A DNA stretch of 64,000 bases. Source: Oligoflexales bacterium (GTDB taxonomy: Bacteria > Bdellovibrionota_B > Oligoflexia > Oligoflexales > Bog-1112). Below the pieces are notes generated by a model. It was not told the origin of the DNA. It searched no databases and saw only the letters and a program-made list of their open reading frames with translations. Below, piece after piece: positions 49,992 to 59,918 of this stretch; position 1 is the first letter of the stretch, and every line of letters begins with the position of its first letter. The position numbers and the translations under genes were made by a program. The stretch is from contig JBGCDR010000060.1 in NCBI GenBank assembly GCA_045105515.1, forward strand, positions 46,346 through 110,345, read 5' to 3'.

Positions 49992-51167
49992 TTAGTTACA
50001 CCCAACAAGGTTACGAATATCTAGTAAGCTTACCTTGAGTTTATCAATATGGCTGCTAGAAATATATTCTTGTCCTTCATTCATTAGTTGACGATTTTTA
50101 AGTTCAGTTGCTAAGGCATCATTATAGAGTCCCTTAACCTGCATACAAGCTGAATACTGAAGACTCCGAGCATTTGCACAAGAGTGCTCACGAACCTCAC
50201 AAATTTGCGAACAATGCTCTACAGTGTTTGATGCCCCTTTTTCCATCAAAGCAATTTCAAGTAAAGATTCTCCTTTACCATAAACTTCACAAGCTTTACG
50301 CTGTGTTTGCAAATCAGTTAGCATACCACCTAGGCTTTGAACATTGTCCCTAGCTGACATGACACTGAGTTCAGGCGCGAAACCTTCATTATTTACCACT
50401 TCAGAACTAACTGACAATAGTGAACTTTCAAAATTACTAATATAATCTTCAACATATTCTAAGTTTTGGGAATTTCTTGGAATGAACTCATAAAGATAAA
50501 CTGATTTATCGTATTCACATAACATTAAGCGATGCTTTTCAAGAGCATCAGCAGCCATAAATAAACTAAAGAATCCTGATTCAGCCAAGGAACCATTTAC
50601 CATGCCTGAGTGGATTGCTTTATCAAGGTTGTTCTTGCTGCGTTCTGCATAAAAACAGGCTTTTTTTACATGAAATCGTACTCCAGGATTCCAATTATGT
50701 TTGTATCTTTTGATTGCTTTTCTAAGATGATATCCTTCCCATTCTTGGTTGTCTTCGAATGCTAATAATTCGTTAATAAGCTTACGGTCTTTTATATTAA
50801 ATTCGCCAATATCATCTGAAGATGAAGAAGATGAAACAGATGAAGTTAAGGTATCGCTACTAACGCTACACGAATCATCAGGTGTAAGAATTGGCTCACA
50901 GGGAGTCACATCAACCGCACAAAACTGATAATCAGGATAGCAACCACCTTCACCAAGAAGGTAGTCATATTTATCGTCTCTTAGATCATCTGTCAAAAGT
51001 CTTTTCACAAAATCTTGGTTATAATGGGTGGATTTTTCTAGTTGATTAACTTTGATCCCGTGGTTTTCAAAAAGAAAAAGGTGTGGTTTTGCAAACATCC
51101 CTGCCATACTTAGTTGTGGAACTAAAGCAAGCCCCAGTAAAAAACAAGAGTTGAGAGTAAATTTCAT
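49992..51167 (-). CDS. Hypothetical secreted cysteine-rich protein with a Ser-rich linker
   Basis: Signal peptide ending SMA; AAGGA before ATG; 11 Cys in the predicted mature chain; poly-Ser tract. Confidence 0.7.
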   Translation of the reverse strand: MKFTLNSCFLLGLALVPQLSMAGMFAKPHLFLFENHGIKVNQLEKSTHYNQDFVKRLLTDDLRDDKYDYLLGEGGCYPDYQFCAVDVTPCEPILTPDDSCSVSSDTLTSSVSSSSSSDDIGEFNIKDRKLINELLAFEDNQEWEGYHLRKAIKRYKHNWNPGVRFHVKKACFYAERSKNNLDKAIHSGMVNGSLAESGFFSLFMAADALEKHRLMLCEYDKSVYLYEFIPRNSQNLEYVEDYISNFESSLLSVSSEVVNNEGFAPELSVMSARDNVQSLGGMLTDLQTQRKACEVYGKGESLLEIALMEKGASNTVEHCSQICEVREHSCANARSLQYSACMQVKGLYNDALATELKNRQLMNEGQEYISSSHIDKLKVSLLDIRNLVGCN

Positions 51168-51363
51168 ACCGTTTTCCTTTATAGGTAGTGGAAATTGTTA
51201 GGACCATGACGAGACCTGGACTTCCATGAAAAATGTATTCAACCCTTAATATATTTTTTCAAAAGCTTCAACTGAGCTAAATGTATGACCCTTACTTATA
51301 TGCGACTAAACAAAGCATTCTTAGAAATTTATTCCGAATATAATATATGGACTAACATTCAAA

Positions 51364-51565
51364 GTTATCCCGGTAAAGGGAAATGCTTAGAAGCTTCTCA
51401 CTCCATTTTATATGCATGAAGCTATTCGTAAAAATTAGTCGAAATGATAGTAGTCTTCCGGAGCGAAGCGACTGTGGTGGCTGTTTTCTTCCCGACGGAG
51501 TGAAGCGATTCGAGGGATCTCCTGGCTATTTGTCACCCCAACAGAACGAAGTAAGTGTTGACTCT
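51364..51565. repeat. Cluster of decayed REP-like palindromic elements
   Basis: Locally GC-rich related units gtcttccggagcgaagcgact, cttcccgacggagtgaagcgattcgagggatct and gtcaccccaacagaacgaagtaagt, plus an inverse-type end gtcgaaatgata. Confidence 0.55.
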
Positions 51566-51608
51566 TATTTTATCTATTCACATGCTATCGAAAACTGGAT
51601 TTAAAAAC

Positions 51609-52448
51609 CTACTTCAGAAAGCTTTCTATAAAATAAGTAGGTTTTATAGCCGAAATTTGTCCCTGTTGCAGAGAAGTGATCCCAGTCCCAATCAATACAC
51701 TATCAATACCAGCATTATTTGCTCCTTTAATGTCGGTAACTAATTGATCACCAATCATCACCATATTGGTACCCATAGCAAGTTTTTTAGCCTTTTCAAA
51801 AATAGGTAAATAGGGCTTACCAAGACGCTCGAAATACTCTTGTTGCCCTCCAAATCTTAATGATAATGCAGATTCAATACAATGGGCTGCCATACCGGAG
51901 GTAAACCCTACTCCAGCCTTCGTGGGGTAGATCAAGTCAGGGTTTGGAAGGAGCATACGACACTTTTCCCCGGTATCTAGGCGCTTAACTAATGTACTTG
52001 TAACCCTTTCAAGCCCCTCAAGGAATGGGTAGCCTGATTGATTGGTAATAATCAGCAGATCAAAGTTGTAATCATCAAGCGGACAAAGACTGCATGAGGT
52101 TCCCTCTAGAACAAAATGCGAACTTTCGGGCCCAAGTATGTAAACCTTAGAACCATCTAAACCTTCTTGCATGATCCAATCATGCACTAATGATCCTGAG
52201 GTTATCACCTGCTGGGTTTCAACACTGATACCCTTGTTCTTTAAGCTTGCAACTGTCTTGTCAACACTTTGAGAACTCCCGTTGGTTACCACAAAAAATT
52301 TCTTCGAATTATCCCGAAGACGTTTGAGAAAACTCTCCGCTCCCGCAATTGCTTGTTCTGCGTTAACTAAAACTCCGAAGGAATCCAAAAGAATTACATC
52401 ATATAGATTTAACAATTCTTCGCTGCTTATAAATCTGCTAGTAGGCAC
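51609..52448 (-). CDS. HAD-IIA (NagD-like) hydrolase
   Basis: DSFGVL (variant motif I), VTNGS, PNPDL, GKP, MIGDQLVTDIKGA. Confidence 0.9.
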   Translation of the reverse strand: MPTSRFISSEELLNLYDVILLDSFGVLVNAEQAIAGAESFLKRLRDNSKKFFVVTNGSSQSVDKTVASLKNKGISVETQQVITSGSLVHDWIMQEGLDGSKVYILGPESSHFVLEGTSCSLCPLDDYNFDLLIITNQSGYPFLEGLERVTSTLVKRLDTGEKCRMLLPNPDLIYPTKAGVGFTSGMAAHCIESALSLRFGGQQEYFERLGKPYLPIFEKAKKLAMGTNMVMIGDQLVTDIKGANNAGIDSVLIGTGITSLQQGQISAIKPTYFIESFLK

Positions 52449-52468
52449 AATTTCATCTCTTTACAAGT

Positions 52469-52506
52469 AAAAAAGGGAAGCCTGCGACCATGCTGGCTTC
52501 CCTTTT
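52469..52506. terminator. Intrinsic terminator hairpin downstream of the peroxiredoxin gene
   Basis: aaaagggaagcc ... ggcttccctttt perfect inverted repeat; followed by a U-run on the minus strand. Confidence 0.8.
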
Positions 52507-52524
52507 AATCGTTTTATATAGGGA

Positions 52525-53106
52525 TTATTTAAAATATGATTTCAGACCTGCTTGCGTTGGTTTCATTGATTTTTCACCTTTTTTCCAATTAGCAGGACAT
52601 ACTTCTCCATGCTCTTCGGTGAATTGCAAAGCTTCTAATAACCGCAAGTATTCATCAACATTACGTCCAAGAGGTAAGTCATTAATGGTCTGATGTTTTA
52701 CCACCCCTTCCTTATCGATTAAGAATGCACCTCTAAGAGCAACTCCATCATTAGGGATCAAAACATCATAATCTCTTGCAATTGTCTTATTGATGTCCGC
52801 AACCAATGGATAGTTAACACCTTCGATGCCACCATCTTCCTTTTTGGTATTGAGCCATGCTAGGTGACTAAATTGTGAGTCAATCGAACATCCTATAACT
52901 TCGCAGTTCAACTTCTTAAAATCTTCTAGTTTAGATTGAAATGCGTGAAGCTCAGTAGGACACACAAAAGTAAAGTCTAAGGGATAGAAGAAAAGCAATA
53001 CGTATTTCCCGCGGTGATCACTAAGTTTGAAGTTTTCTTTGAAATCTCCACTCACCACTGCAGTTGCTGCGAAATCAGGGGCTTGTTTTCCTACTAATAC
53101 TGCCAT
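52525..53106 (-). CDS. ahpC: Typical 2-Cys peroxiredoxin
   Basis: [13 protein letters not shown] and GEVCPANW. Confidence 0.96.
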   Translation of the reverse strand: MAVLVGKQAPDFAATAVVSGDFKENFKLSDHRGKYVLLFFYPLDFTFVCPTELHAFQSKLEDFKKLNCEVIGCSIDSQFSHLAWLNTKKEDGGIEGVNYPLVADINKTIARDYDVLIPNDGVALRGAFLIDKEGVVKHQTINDLPLGRNVDEYLRLLEALQFTEEHGEVCPANWKKGEKSMKPTQAGLKSYFK

Positions 53107-53126
53107 AATTCACTCCTTTTTGGCCT

Positions 53127-53141
53127 TGAGAATTATTGTTC
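53127..53141. promoter_or_regulatory. Possible Fur/PerR-family box upstream of ahpC
   Basis: TGAGAAT-T-ATTGTTC imperfect 7-1-7 palindrome 20 nt before the start codon. Confidence 0.3.
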
Positions 53142-53307
53142 TTCTAGTATCAGATACTTAAATAGGCATTAAATAAGATTTAACGTTCGACATTGCAAAA
53201 ATACAGCTGCCAAAGAAGTGTCAAAACTCCTTTTGTCACGTCTACTGATAGCCATTCAACCACCGGCTTTGTTGCTTGTCAATCCTTGCAGTTCAAAGGA
53301 AGAGCTC

Positions 53308-53859
53308 TCATGATTGCGCCTTCGGGAGCGGAAGTATGTCTCCAAGTATATCTGCTATGATCCCGCCAGGTTTTTTATGGGCCTTTTTGACAGACAGGGT
53401 CAAGCCAAATTTTGCGATAGGTTCTTCTGCACTTTTTTCAGGGCAGGTGGCTATGACTTCTACAGTTAATTCTTCCCTTTTTCCACTCCTGATGGCTTTT
53501 TTAACTAAATCAGAAACCTGCTTTCCTTGTTCGCAGTTAAAATGGGTGTCTGCATCAGGACGACGAAAAAACTGAGCACTAAAATCCTTAAAAATAAGTG
53601 AAATAGGCTGCTTTATGTCATAGCTGGTTTTAAGCGCTAGTAAGCCTCCAGCAACATCTGCTCCGCAAACCAAGACCCCAAAATACATTGATTTCATATG
53701 ATTTCGGTTTCTCCTGCAAAGTGGAATTGAAATTTCCACTCGCTTATCCGTCAACTCAACGATAGACGGGCGTACCCAATACAGCATGGGCACCTTAGTA
53801 AAGGCCCACATTCTTAAGCCGATTGTCTGCTTATAACTGAGCAGTTGCTGGAGCAGCAT
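53308..53859 (-). CDS. Hotdog-fold thioesterase-like protein (DUF4442-like)
   Basis: IPLCRRNRNHMKSMYFGVL, ADVAGG, FKDFSAQF; 1-nt overlap with pruA stop. Confidence 0.8.
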   Translation of the reverse strand: MLLQQLLSYKQTIGLRMWAFTKVPMLYWVRPSIVELTDKRVEISIPLCRRNRNHMKSMYFGVLVCGADVAGGLLALKTSYDIKQPISLIFKDFSAQFFRRPDADTHFNCEQGKQVSDLVKKAIRSGKREELTVEVIATCPEKSAEEPIAKFGLTLSVKKAHKKPGGIIADILGDILPLPKAQS

Positions 53860-55493
53860 TAACTTTCTCCCATATGAGGATATTCGTATTCCGTGATGGG
53901 TAAAAAGTTTTCCTTAATAGTTCGATGCGAAACCCATCTCAACAAATTATACATACTACCTGCTTTATCGTTTGTACCGGAACCTCTAGCACCTCCAAAG
54001 GGTTGTTGCCCAACAACAGCACCCGTTGGCTTATCATTGATATAGAAGTTTCCTGCAGTATTTTCGAAAAAGTCGCATAGTTTCTTTACAGCATAACGAT
54101 CTTTTGCAAAAATTGCTCCTGTTAAAGCATAATCCGTGCTTTCTTCGCATAGTTTTAAAGTATCTTCGAGTTGCGAATCATCATAAGGATAGATAGTCAA
54201 AACAGGCCCAAATATCTCCTCGACTAATGATTTATAGTGAGGGTTGCTCGTTTCTATTACAGTAGGACGAATAAAAAATCCCTGACTTTGATCGTACTCT
54301 CCTCCACAAATGATTGTCGCATCTTTAGCAGCCCTTGCATGCTCGATATAAGAATTAATTTTATCAAAGGCTTTTTGGTCAATCACAGCAGCCATAAAGT
54401 TACTAAAGTCCTCGGGATCTCCCATCTTGATTTGCGTTGTCAATTCAATAAGATCCTTTTTGAGATCCGGCCACAGTGACTTGGGTATATAAGCTCTCGA
54501 AGCTGCTGAACACTTTTGACCTTGGTATTCAAATGCTCCACGAACTAAGGCGGTCAATAGCTGTTTCTTATCTGCAGAAGGATGTGCAAATACAAAATCT
54601 TTACCTCCTGTTTCTCCAACAATGCGCGGGTAAGACCTGTATTTTTTAATATTGGTGCCCACCTGTTCCCACAGATGCTGAAATACTCCAGTTGACCCTG
54701 TGAAGTGAATTCCTCCAAGATTAGGCTGTGACAATGCTAGCTCGCCAATCATCTTAGGGTCTCCATGCACCAAATTGATAACTCCTGCAGGCAAACCTGC
54801 TTCCTCTAAGATCTCAAGACCATAGTAAGTAGACAGTGTTGCGGTATGCGAAGGTTTCAGTAAAACAGTGCAACCCATCAGAGCAGGAGCACAAGCTAAA
54901 TTCAAGGCAATTGCTGTAAAGTTGAAAGGGGCAATGGCAAAAACAAAGCCCTCTATCGGTCGTGCTACACTTCGATTCCATTGTCCATATGGAGAATGCA
55001 AAGGCTGCTCTTCATAAATTTTCTGAGCAAAATATGCATTAAAACGAAGAAAGTCTGCCAGCTCACAAGCAGCCTCGATCTCTGCTTGGTAACAGGTTTT
55101 GCTCTGCCCCAACATGGTAGCAGCATTCATTTTTTGTCTATACTTGCCCGAAATCAAGTCTGCAGCCTTGAGGAAAATAGCTGCCCTTTCTTGCCAAGGT
55201 AATGCCGCCCACTCTTTTCTCGCAGCAAGGGCCGAGTCGATTGCCTTGCTTACATCATCTTTATTGGCCTGTGCCACCTTTGCCAGCTGCAAGTTTCGAT
55301 TATGGGGACTTACAATATTTGCCTGTTCCCGATCAAAAATCCTCTCACCTCCAATAACAAGAGGGATATCGATAGTTTGTGAGCGCTGCGCTGTCAGCTC
55401 AGTTTTTAGCAAAGCGCATTCATCTGAGCCGGGAGCATAACTTAGTACAGGCTCATTTTGCGGAGAAGGTACCATAAACGTTCCGTGTGACAT
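53859..55493 (-). CDS. pruA: L-glutamate gamma-semialdehyde (P5C) dehydrogenase
   Basis: NEPVLSYAPGS, PFNFTAI, FTGST, GETGGKDF, FEYQGQKCSA, QPFGGARGSGTNDKAG. Confidence 0.96.
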   Translation of the reverse strand: MSHGTFMVPSPQNEPVLSYAPGSDECALLKTELTAQRSQTIDIPLVIGGERIFDREQANIVSPHNRNLQLAKVAQANKDDVSKAIDSALAARKEWAALPWQERAAIFLKAADLISGKYRQKMNAATMLGQSKTCYQAEIEAACELADFLRFNAYFAQKIYEEQPLHSPYGQWNRSVARPIEGFVFAIAPFNFTAIALNLACAPALMGCTVLLKPSHTATLSTYYGLEILEEAGLPAGVINLVHGDPKMIGELALSQPNLGGIHFTGSTGVFQHLWEQVGTNIKKYRSYPRIVGETGGKDFVFAHPSADKKQLLTALVRGAFEYQGQKCSAASRAYIPKSLWPDLKKDLIELTTQIKMGDPEDFSNFMAAVIDQKAFDKINSYIEHARAAKDATIICGGEYDQSQGFFIRPTVIETSNPHYKSLVEEIFGPVLTIYPYDDSQLEDTLKLCEESTDYALTGAIFAKDRYAVKKLCDFFENTAGNFYINDKPTGAVVGQQPFGGARGSGTNDKAGSMYNLLRWVSHRTIKENFLPITEYEYPHMGES

Positions 55494-55717
55494 AAAAATA
55501 GCTCCTTAATAGAAAAAGATCGTGAATTTACCCTGAGCATTCCAACTGAATTCAACAAAATTATGAGACTACCCATTTTGTTGATTACTAGCAATCATTT
55601 GGGACGAATCGAAAAAAAGACTCCAAGTATGATACTCTTAAGCTAAACATAAGCCCAATAATGATTGCTAAATGATCGTGCCAAAGCTTAGGCCCTAAAC
55701 TATGCAAGGAGCTGTAA

Positions 55718-56221
55718 ATGACAGAAGCCCCCCGCATTGAAAGTCCTAAAGACCAGCGGCGTTTGCGCAACTACCTGTTGCAACCATTGCTGCAAGTTAA
55801 GCTAGGTCTGTATTCGATAATACTTGCGTTGTGCTTCTCGAGCGTAATTATCCTTATCGTTTATCTCAATATGAAAGATTTTGCTGATATCGTCGTCGTT
55901 CTAACTGAGCATGAAAGCGAAATAAGAGAACTTTTTTTTGAATACGCTGCCATCTCCCAATGGTGGATAAGCTTTTTTGTACTAGGATTTTTACTGTCGA
56001 ATATAATCATTTCTGTAACCTACACTCATAAGTTGGTCGGCCCAACCATTGCTTTCAAAAACCAATTGGAACGATTGCGCTCTGGTGACTTTTCACAAAA
56101 AGTAAGCATACGCAAAGGAGATGCATTTATGGAAATTGCCAATGAGCTAAATCTATTGACAGAAATTCTAGAAGAAAATGATGGCAATATTGGCAAACCT
56201 GAGTCATCTCAAAAAAAATAG
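55718..56221 (+). CDS. Two-TM membrane protein ending in a HAMP domain
   Basis: Two TM helices then THKLVGP...GDF...RKGD...ELN; no output domain. Confidence 0.8.
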   Translation: MTEAPRIESPKDQRRLRNYLLQPLLQVKLGLYSIILALCFSSVIILIVYLNMKDFADIVVVLTEHESEIRELFFEYAAISQWWISFFVLGFLLSNIIISVTYTHKLVGPTIAFKNQLERLRSGDFSQKVSIRKGDAFMEIANELNLLTEILEENDGNIGKPESSQKK

Positions 56222-56433
56222 ATTAGATAAGGCAAGGAATTAGAGCATGCTCAGGTCTTGACTCAGCAGTGTTTTTAGCTATTATTGCCGGGATCTTTTT
56301 TGCTACTATGGCAGAAATAGGAGACGCTTTGCCTCGCAGAAAGTCAAAACAATTTTTCTTAGGCATTGGTGCCTTTGTACTAGTCATTGGGATTTTAAGC
56401 GTAAGTTACTTAAATATAGATAAGGAGGCTTCG

Positions 56434-56709
56434 ATGCATGAAAAGCCACAACATAAACTGGTTCTAATGTATTCAAAGTCAACATGCCCTTATTGTGTTG
56501 CTGCTAAAAAACTTTTTAATACCAAGGGAGTAAGTTTCCAAGAAATTGATATTAATCACTATCCAGAAAAGCGAGATGAAATGTTGGCAAAAGCCAATGG
56601 CAGAACTACAGTCCCGCAGATCTTTATAGGAGATATTCATGTTGGCGGTTTTACCGACCTAGTCAGCCTCGAACAGAATGGGAAGCTGGAAGCTCTTCTC
56701 AAGAATTAG
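56434..56709 (+). CDS. grxC: Dithiol glutaredoxin 3 (possible longer membrane-anchored form from TTG 56329)
   Basis: CPYC, TVPQIFI, GGFTDL; AAGGAGG before ATG 56434. Confidence 0.92.
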   Translation: MHEKPQHKLVLMYSKSTCPYCVAAKKLFNTKGVSFQEIDINHYPEKRDEMLAKANGRTTVPQIFIGDIHVGGFTDLVSLEQNGKLEALLKN

Positions 56710-56710
56710 C

Positions 56711-57205
56711 TCAAAGATGCACTCTCATCCCCAATGATGGAGACAGGCTCAACTTGCTCTCTGGTATGGGCCCAGAAAAGAAAGTCACCTCTCCAAATAA
56801 CTGGAGACGCATAGGAATCATTTCAAACTGAGTTCCGAGGGGAATTCTAAGCCAGTATTCCTCGTCATCCTTCCTTTTTGCATAGCTCACAACCTTCATC
56901 CCAATCCCACTGTAGAATCGGCCGCGAAACTTGCCCTTTTGCAAGGCACTTGGGACGAAAAAATACTGAAGATCACCGTTGAGCTGAATAAATTCACCTT
57001 TTTGAAAAAAGCTACTTACGTGCCACGAAGGTAGATCTAAGTTAGAGCTTTTCTGGATACTAAGTCCCGTATACTCCATATTTATAATGCCTAAGCTCAC
57101 AGAGCTATCTGAAGGGCCTGCAAGAGTTCTACCTAAGCAAGAAAAAATGCAAACTAGTCCTATTATTTTAGCGAGCCATTGCCCATTGATGTGGTCATGA
57201 TGCAT
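56711..57205 (-). CDS. Small outer-membrane beta-barrel-like protein
   Basis: Signal-like segment, amphipathic strands (YTGLSIQ, FYSGIG, RIPLG, LFGEV), C-terminal LGMRVHL. Confidence 0.55.
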   Translation of the reverse strand: MHHDHINGQWLAKIIGLVCIFSCLGRTLAGPSDSSVSLGIINMEYTGLSIQKSSNLDLPSWHVSSFFQKGEFIQLNGDLQYFFVPSALQKGKFRGRFYSGIGMKVVSYAKRKDDEEYWLRIPLGTQFEMIPMRLQLFGEVTFFSGPIPESKLSLSPSLGMRVHL

Positions 57206-57449
57206 ATCTGGATCCCTGGGTGGTCGTATCTAAAAGTAAATTGGCTCCGTTAGCCAAAATGAACATGTGCTGCTCACCTTTAAACTTTATCATATGTTTT
57301 AGGTGCTTAGCTCATATGGTATAATGAAGTTTTGCCCCAATTAGCTTAAATGTTGATTAGATTACTCAACATTGATAACATTTCCAGACTGTCCAGGTCA
57401 CACCAGACTTTGGTTTACCCACAGAAGCAAAATCTATTAGGAAATTACC

Positions 57450-58682
57450 ATGCTTGCAGTTAGCGGATTTGATGCCGGCAAAGTTAGAAGCCAATTCCCA
57501 ATTTTCCACCATCAGGAAAAGATTCACTACCTAGACAGCGCTGCAACAAGTCAAAAGCCGCAGACTGTGATAGACGCAGTTAACGAAGCTTATTCCAAGC
57601 TCAATGCCAATGTCCATCGTGGCGTCTACCGCCTCAGTGAAGCTGCAACAAGTGCATACGAACAAACCAGAGACAAAATTGCTAGCTTTCTCGGCAATGT
57701 AAAAAGAGAGGAAGTGATATTCACTTCAGGAACAACATCTGCCATCAATCTAGTTGCTCGCTCTTGGGGCGAAAGCGAACTACAAGTTGGAGATGAAATA
57801 GTTCTAACAGTTGCCGAACACCATTCAAACCTAGTTCCATGGCACCAACTTGCTAAAAAGACAGGAGCTGTGATCAAATATATCCCTTTGAAGGATGATC
57901 TTCGGCTTAATCTGGAAACTGCAAGAGAAATAATAAACCCCAAGACCAAGTTGGTTGCATGTGCCCATGCTTCAAATGTACTAGGCATCATTCACCCAAT
58001 CGAAGAAATCATATCTCTTGCAAAAAAAGTAGGGGCAAAAACTTTGATCGATGGTGCTCAAGCGGTACCACATCTCGCTAGCAATGTAATTGATCTCGAC
58101 TGCGATTTTTATTGTTTTAGCTCTCATAAAATGTTGGGACCTACAGGAGTGGGAGTATTATATGGAAAACAAAAATTACTAAATGCCATGCCCCCCTTTC
58201 TTGGAGGAGGAGACATGATCGAAACAGTAAGCCTAGATGGAAGCACTTTTGCCCCTCTTCCTTATAAATTTGAGGCTGGTACGCCCCCTATCGCTCAGGT
58301 GATTGGACTAGGTGCTGCAGTAGATTTCCTCTCGCAAATAGACCGCAAAACTGCCCTTGAGCACGATCGCCAGTTAGGCTTATATGCTTTAGATGCGCTT
58401 AAAAAAAACCCTCATGTTACTTTGCATACACATGCAGGAACAGATTGGATTGGGACAGTTACGTTCACCCATAAAGTCATCCACCCCCATGACTTAGCAG
58501 CATTTCAAGATTCTCAAGGAGTCTGCATAAGAGCAGGGCACCATTGTGCCCAACCATTGATGTCAATCCTCAAAAGCCCTGCTACAACAAGGATGTCTCC
58601 TTATATTTACAACGACCGATCTGATATTGAAGCCTTTCTGTCTGCCATCACCAAAGCTGAAGAAGTTTTTGTAAACGGCTAA
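57450..58682 (+). CDS. sufS: Group II cysteine desulfurase
   Basis: YLDSAATSQKP, EHHSN, SSHKMLGPTG, FEAGTP, RAGHHCA. Confidence 0.93.
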   Translation: MLAVSGFDAGKVRSQFPIFHHQEKIHYLDSAATSQKPQTVIDAVNEAYSKLNANVHRGVYRLSEAATSAYEQTRDKIASFLGNVKREEVIFTSGTTSAINLVARSWGESELQVGDEIVLTVAEHHSNLVPWHQLAKKTGAVIKYIPLKDDLRLNLETAREIINPKTKLVACAHASNVLGIIHPIEEIISLAKKVGAKTLIDGAQAVPHLASNVIDLDCDFYCFSSHKMLGPTGVGVLYGKQKLLNAMPPFLGGGDMIETVSLDGSTFAPLPYKFEAGTPPIAQVIGLGAAVDFLSQIDRKTALEHDRQLGLYALDALKKNPHVTLHTHAGTDWIGTVTFTHKVIHPHDLAAFQDSQGVCIRAGHHCAQPLMSILKSPATTRMSPYIYNDRSDIEAFLSAITKAEEVFVNG

Positions 58683-58789
58683 AATATTAGGACTTCCTCC
58701 CCTTCCTGAAATTTTTAGTGATGATTTTTCCTTTATTTCCGATAAGTACAGCTGAAAGATACACTTAGTCTATGGAATTAGGTAATCAT

Positions 58790-59788
58790 ATGCAAAGAAC
58801 TGGGCAAACTTTTCCGTTTTCAGGTCTCCTTTTGATCTTATTTTTGCTCGCAGTATACAGCTGTGCGAACGAATCGAACCAAAATTCCAGTCCTCGCCAG
58901 GGGTCAGTAGAACAGAACTCAAACAATAGTGATTCGAATGAAGGCACTAAAACAAGCAACGAGGATGAAACAGGTGCCAAAGAATATGAAAATCCGCTTG
59001 ATAATCGCGAGAACAGTAGTGCAAAGCAAGCACGCCTTGAAAGAGAGGCTCAAACCTGTATAGATGAAGACTTAATTAAAAATGTGGAAGTCATCGTTAC
59101 CGGCGAAGCTTTGGAAGCGATAGATATCACCAACCAATATAAAAGTGGAACCTTGTTTGAAGATGCCACCAAGTTAGGAAAGAGAGTAGAGCCAGAAATC
59201 GATCCAAATAGTGCTCCTGATACTCCACCAAGCCCACCAAAAGAAGAAAGCACCACTGAAGAAGCGGTCAAAGTTACTTTATATAAGCGACCAGAACCCT
59301 TTGCGGAGGTACAAACTGTTATCCCAGCACCAGTTTTCAAATTTAGCCTTACTGGAGCTAGCACAGATACAGGCATCAAAGTTGACTTGGATGAATCACT
59401 CTATCCACTGCTAAACGGTTTTTCCAAAAAGGTTGAGATTTCATATGATAAGGGCAACTTGAACATTTCAGATTTAGCAAAAGTAATCATTTCAAGAAAG
59501 AAACATATTTTCCAAGTTTCAACTCCCTTCACGACCCCTCCTGGACAGGATCCACTCGTACAGATCAAAGAAATCAACCTTAGGCAAATTCTCAAGGTTA
59601 CACTCAGAATTAATGGTAAAAAAATATACGAAACTGATGAACCAGATCATGTGATTGCACTTCATGCTGGAGAAGACCAAAAATTATCCTACAAACCAGA
59701 ATGGGCTGATTTGAATATAGAAAAGAATAAGTTATTCCAGCAGTACCTCGAAAAGTTTAATGAATGTACTGCAGCGTTACCGAACTAA
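58790..59788 (+). CDS. Hypothetical lipoprotein
   Basis: Hydrophobic stretch plus VYSC lipobox, then S/N/E-rich tether; ORF open from 58772. Confidence 0.7.
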   Translation: MQRTGQTFPFSGLLLILFLLAVYSCANESNQNSSPRQGSVEQNSNNSDSNEGTKTSNEDETGAKEYENPLDNRENSSAKQARLEREAQTCIDEDLIKNVEVIVTGEALEAIDITNQYKSGTLFEDATKLGKRVEPEIDPNSAPDTPPSPPKEESTTEEAVKVTLYKRPEPFAEVQTVIPAPVFKFSLTGASTDTGIKVDLDESLYPLLNGFSKKVEISYDKGNLNISDLAKVIISRKKHIFQVSTPFTTPPGQDPLVQIKEINLRQILKVTLRINGKKIYETDEPDHVIALHAGEDQKLSYKPEWADLNIEKNKLFQQYLEKFNECTAALPN

Positions 59789-59918
59789 GCATCTGTCAAA
59801 TTTATTTACATCCTACTCTTAATATAAATCTTAATTAACGAAACCTTAGACAAGAATCTCTAAATTAATTTTTTGGAACAATATTTGCTTCTTCTTTGGG
59901 AAACAACAGGAGAAGCTC

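Noticed and set aside
51383..51743. Short + strand ORFs (73 aa and 62 aa)
   Set aside because: The first runs through the REP-like cluster and the second is antisense to the HAD gene; neither shows recognisable protein features.
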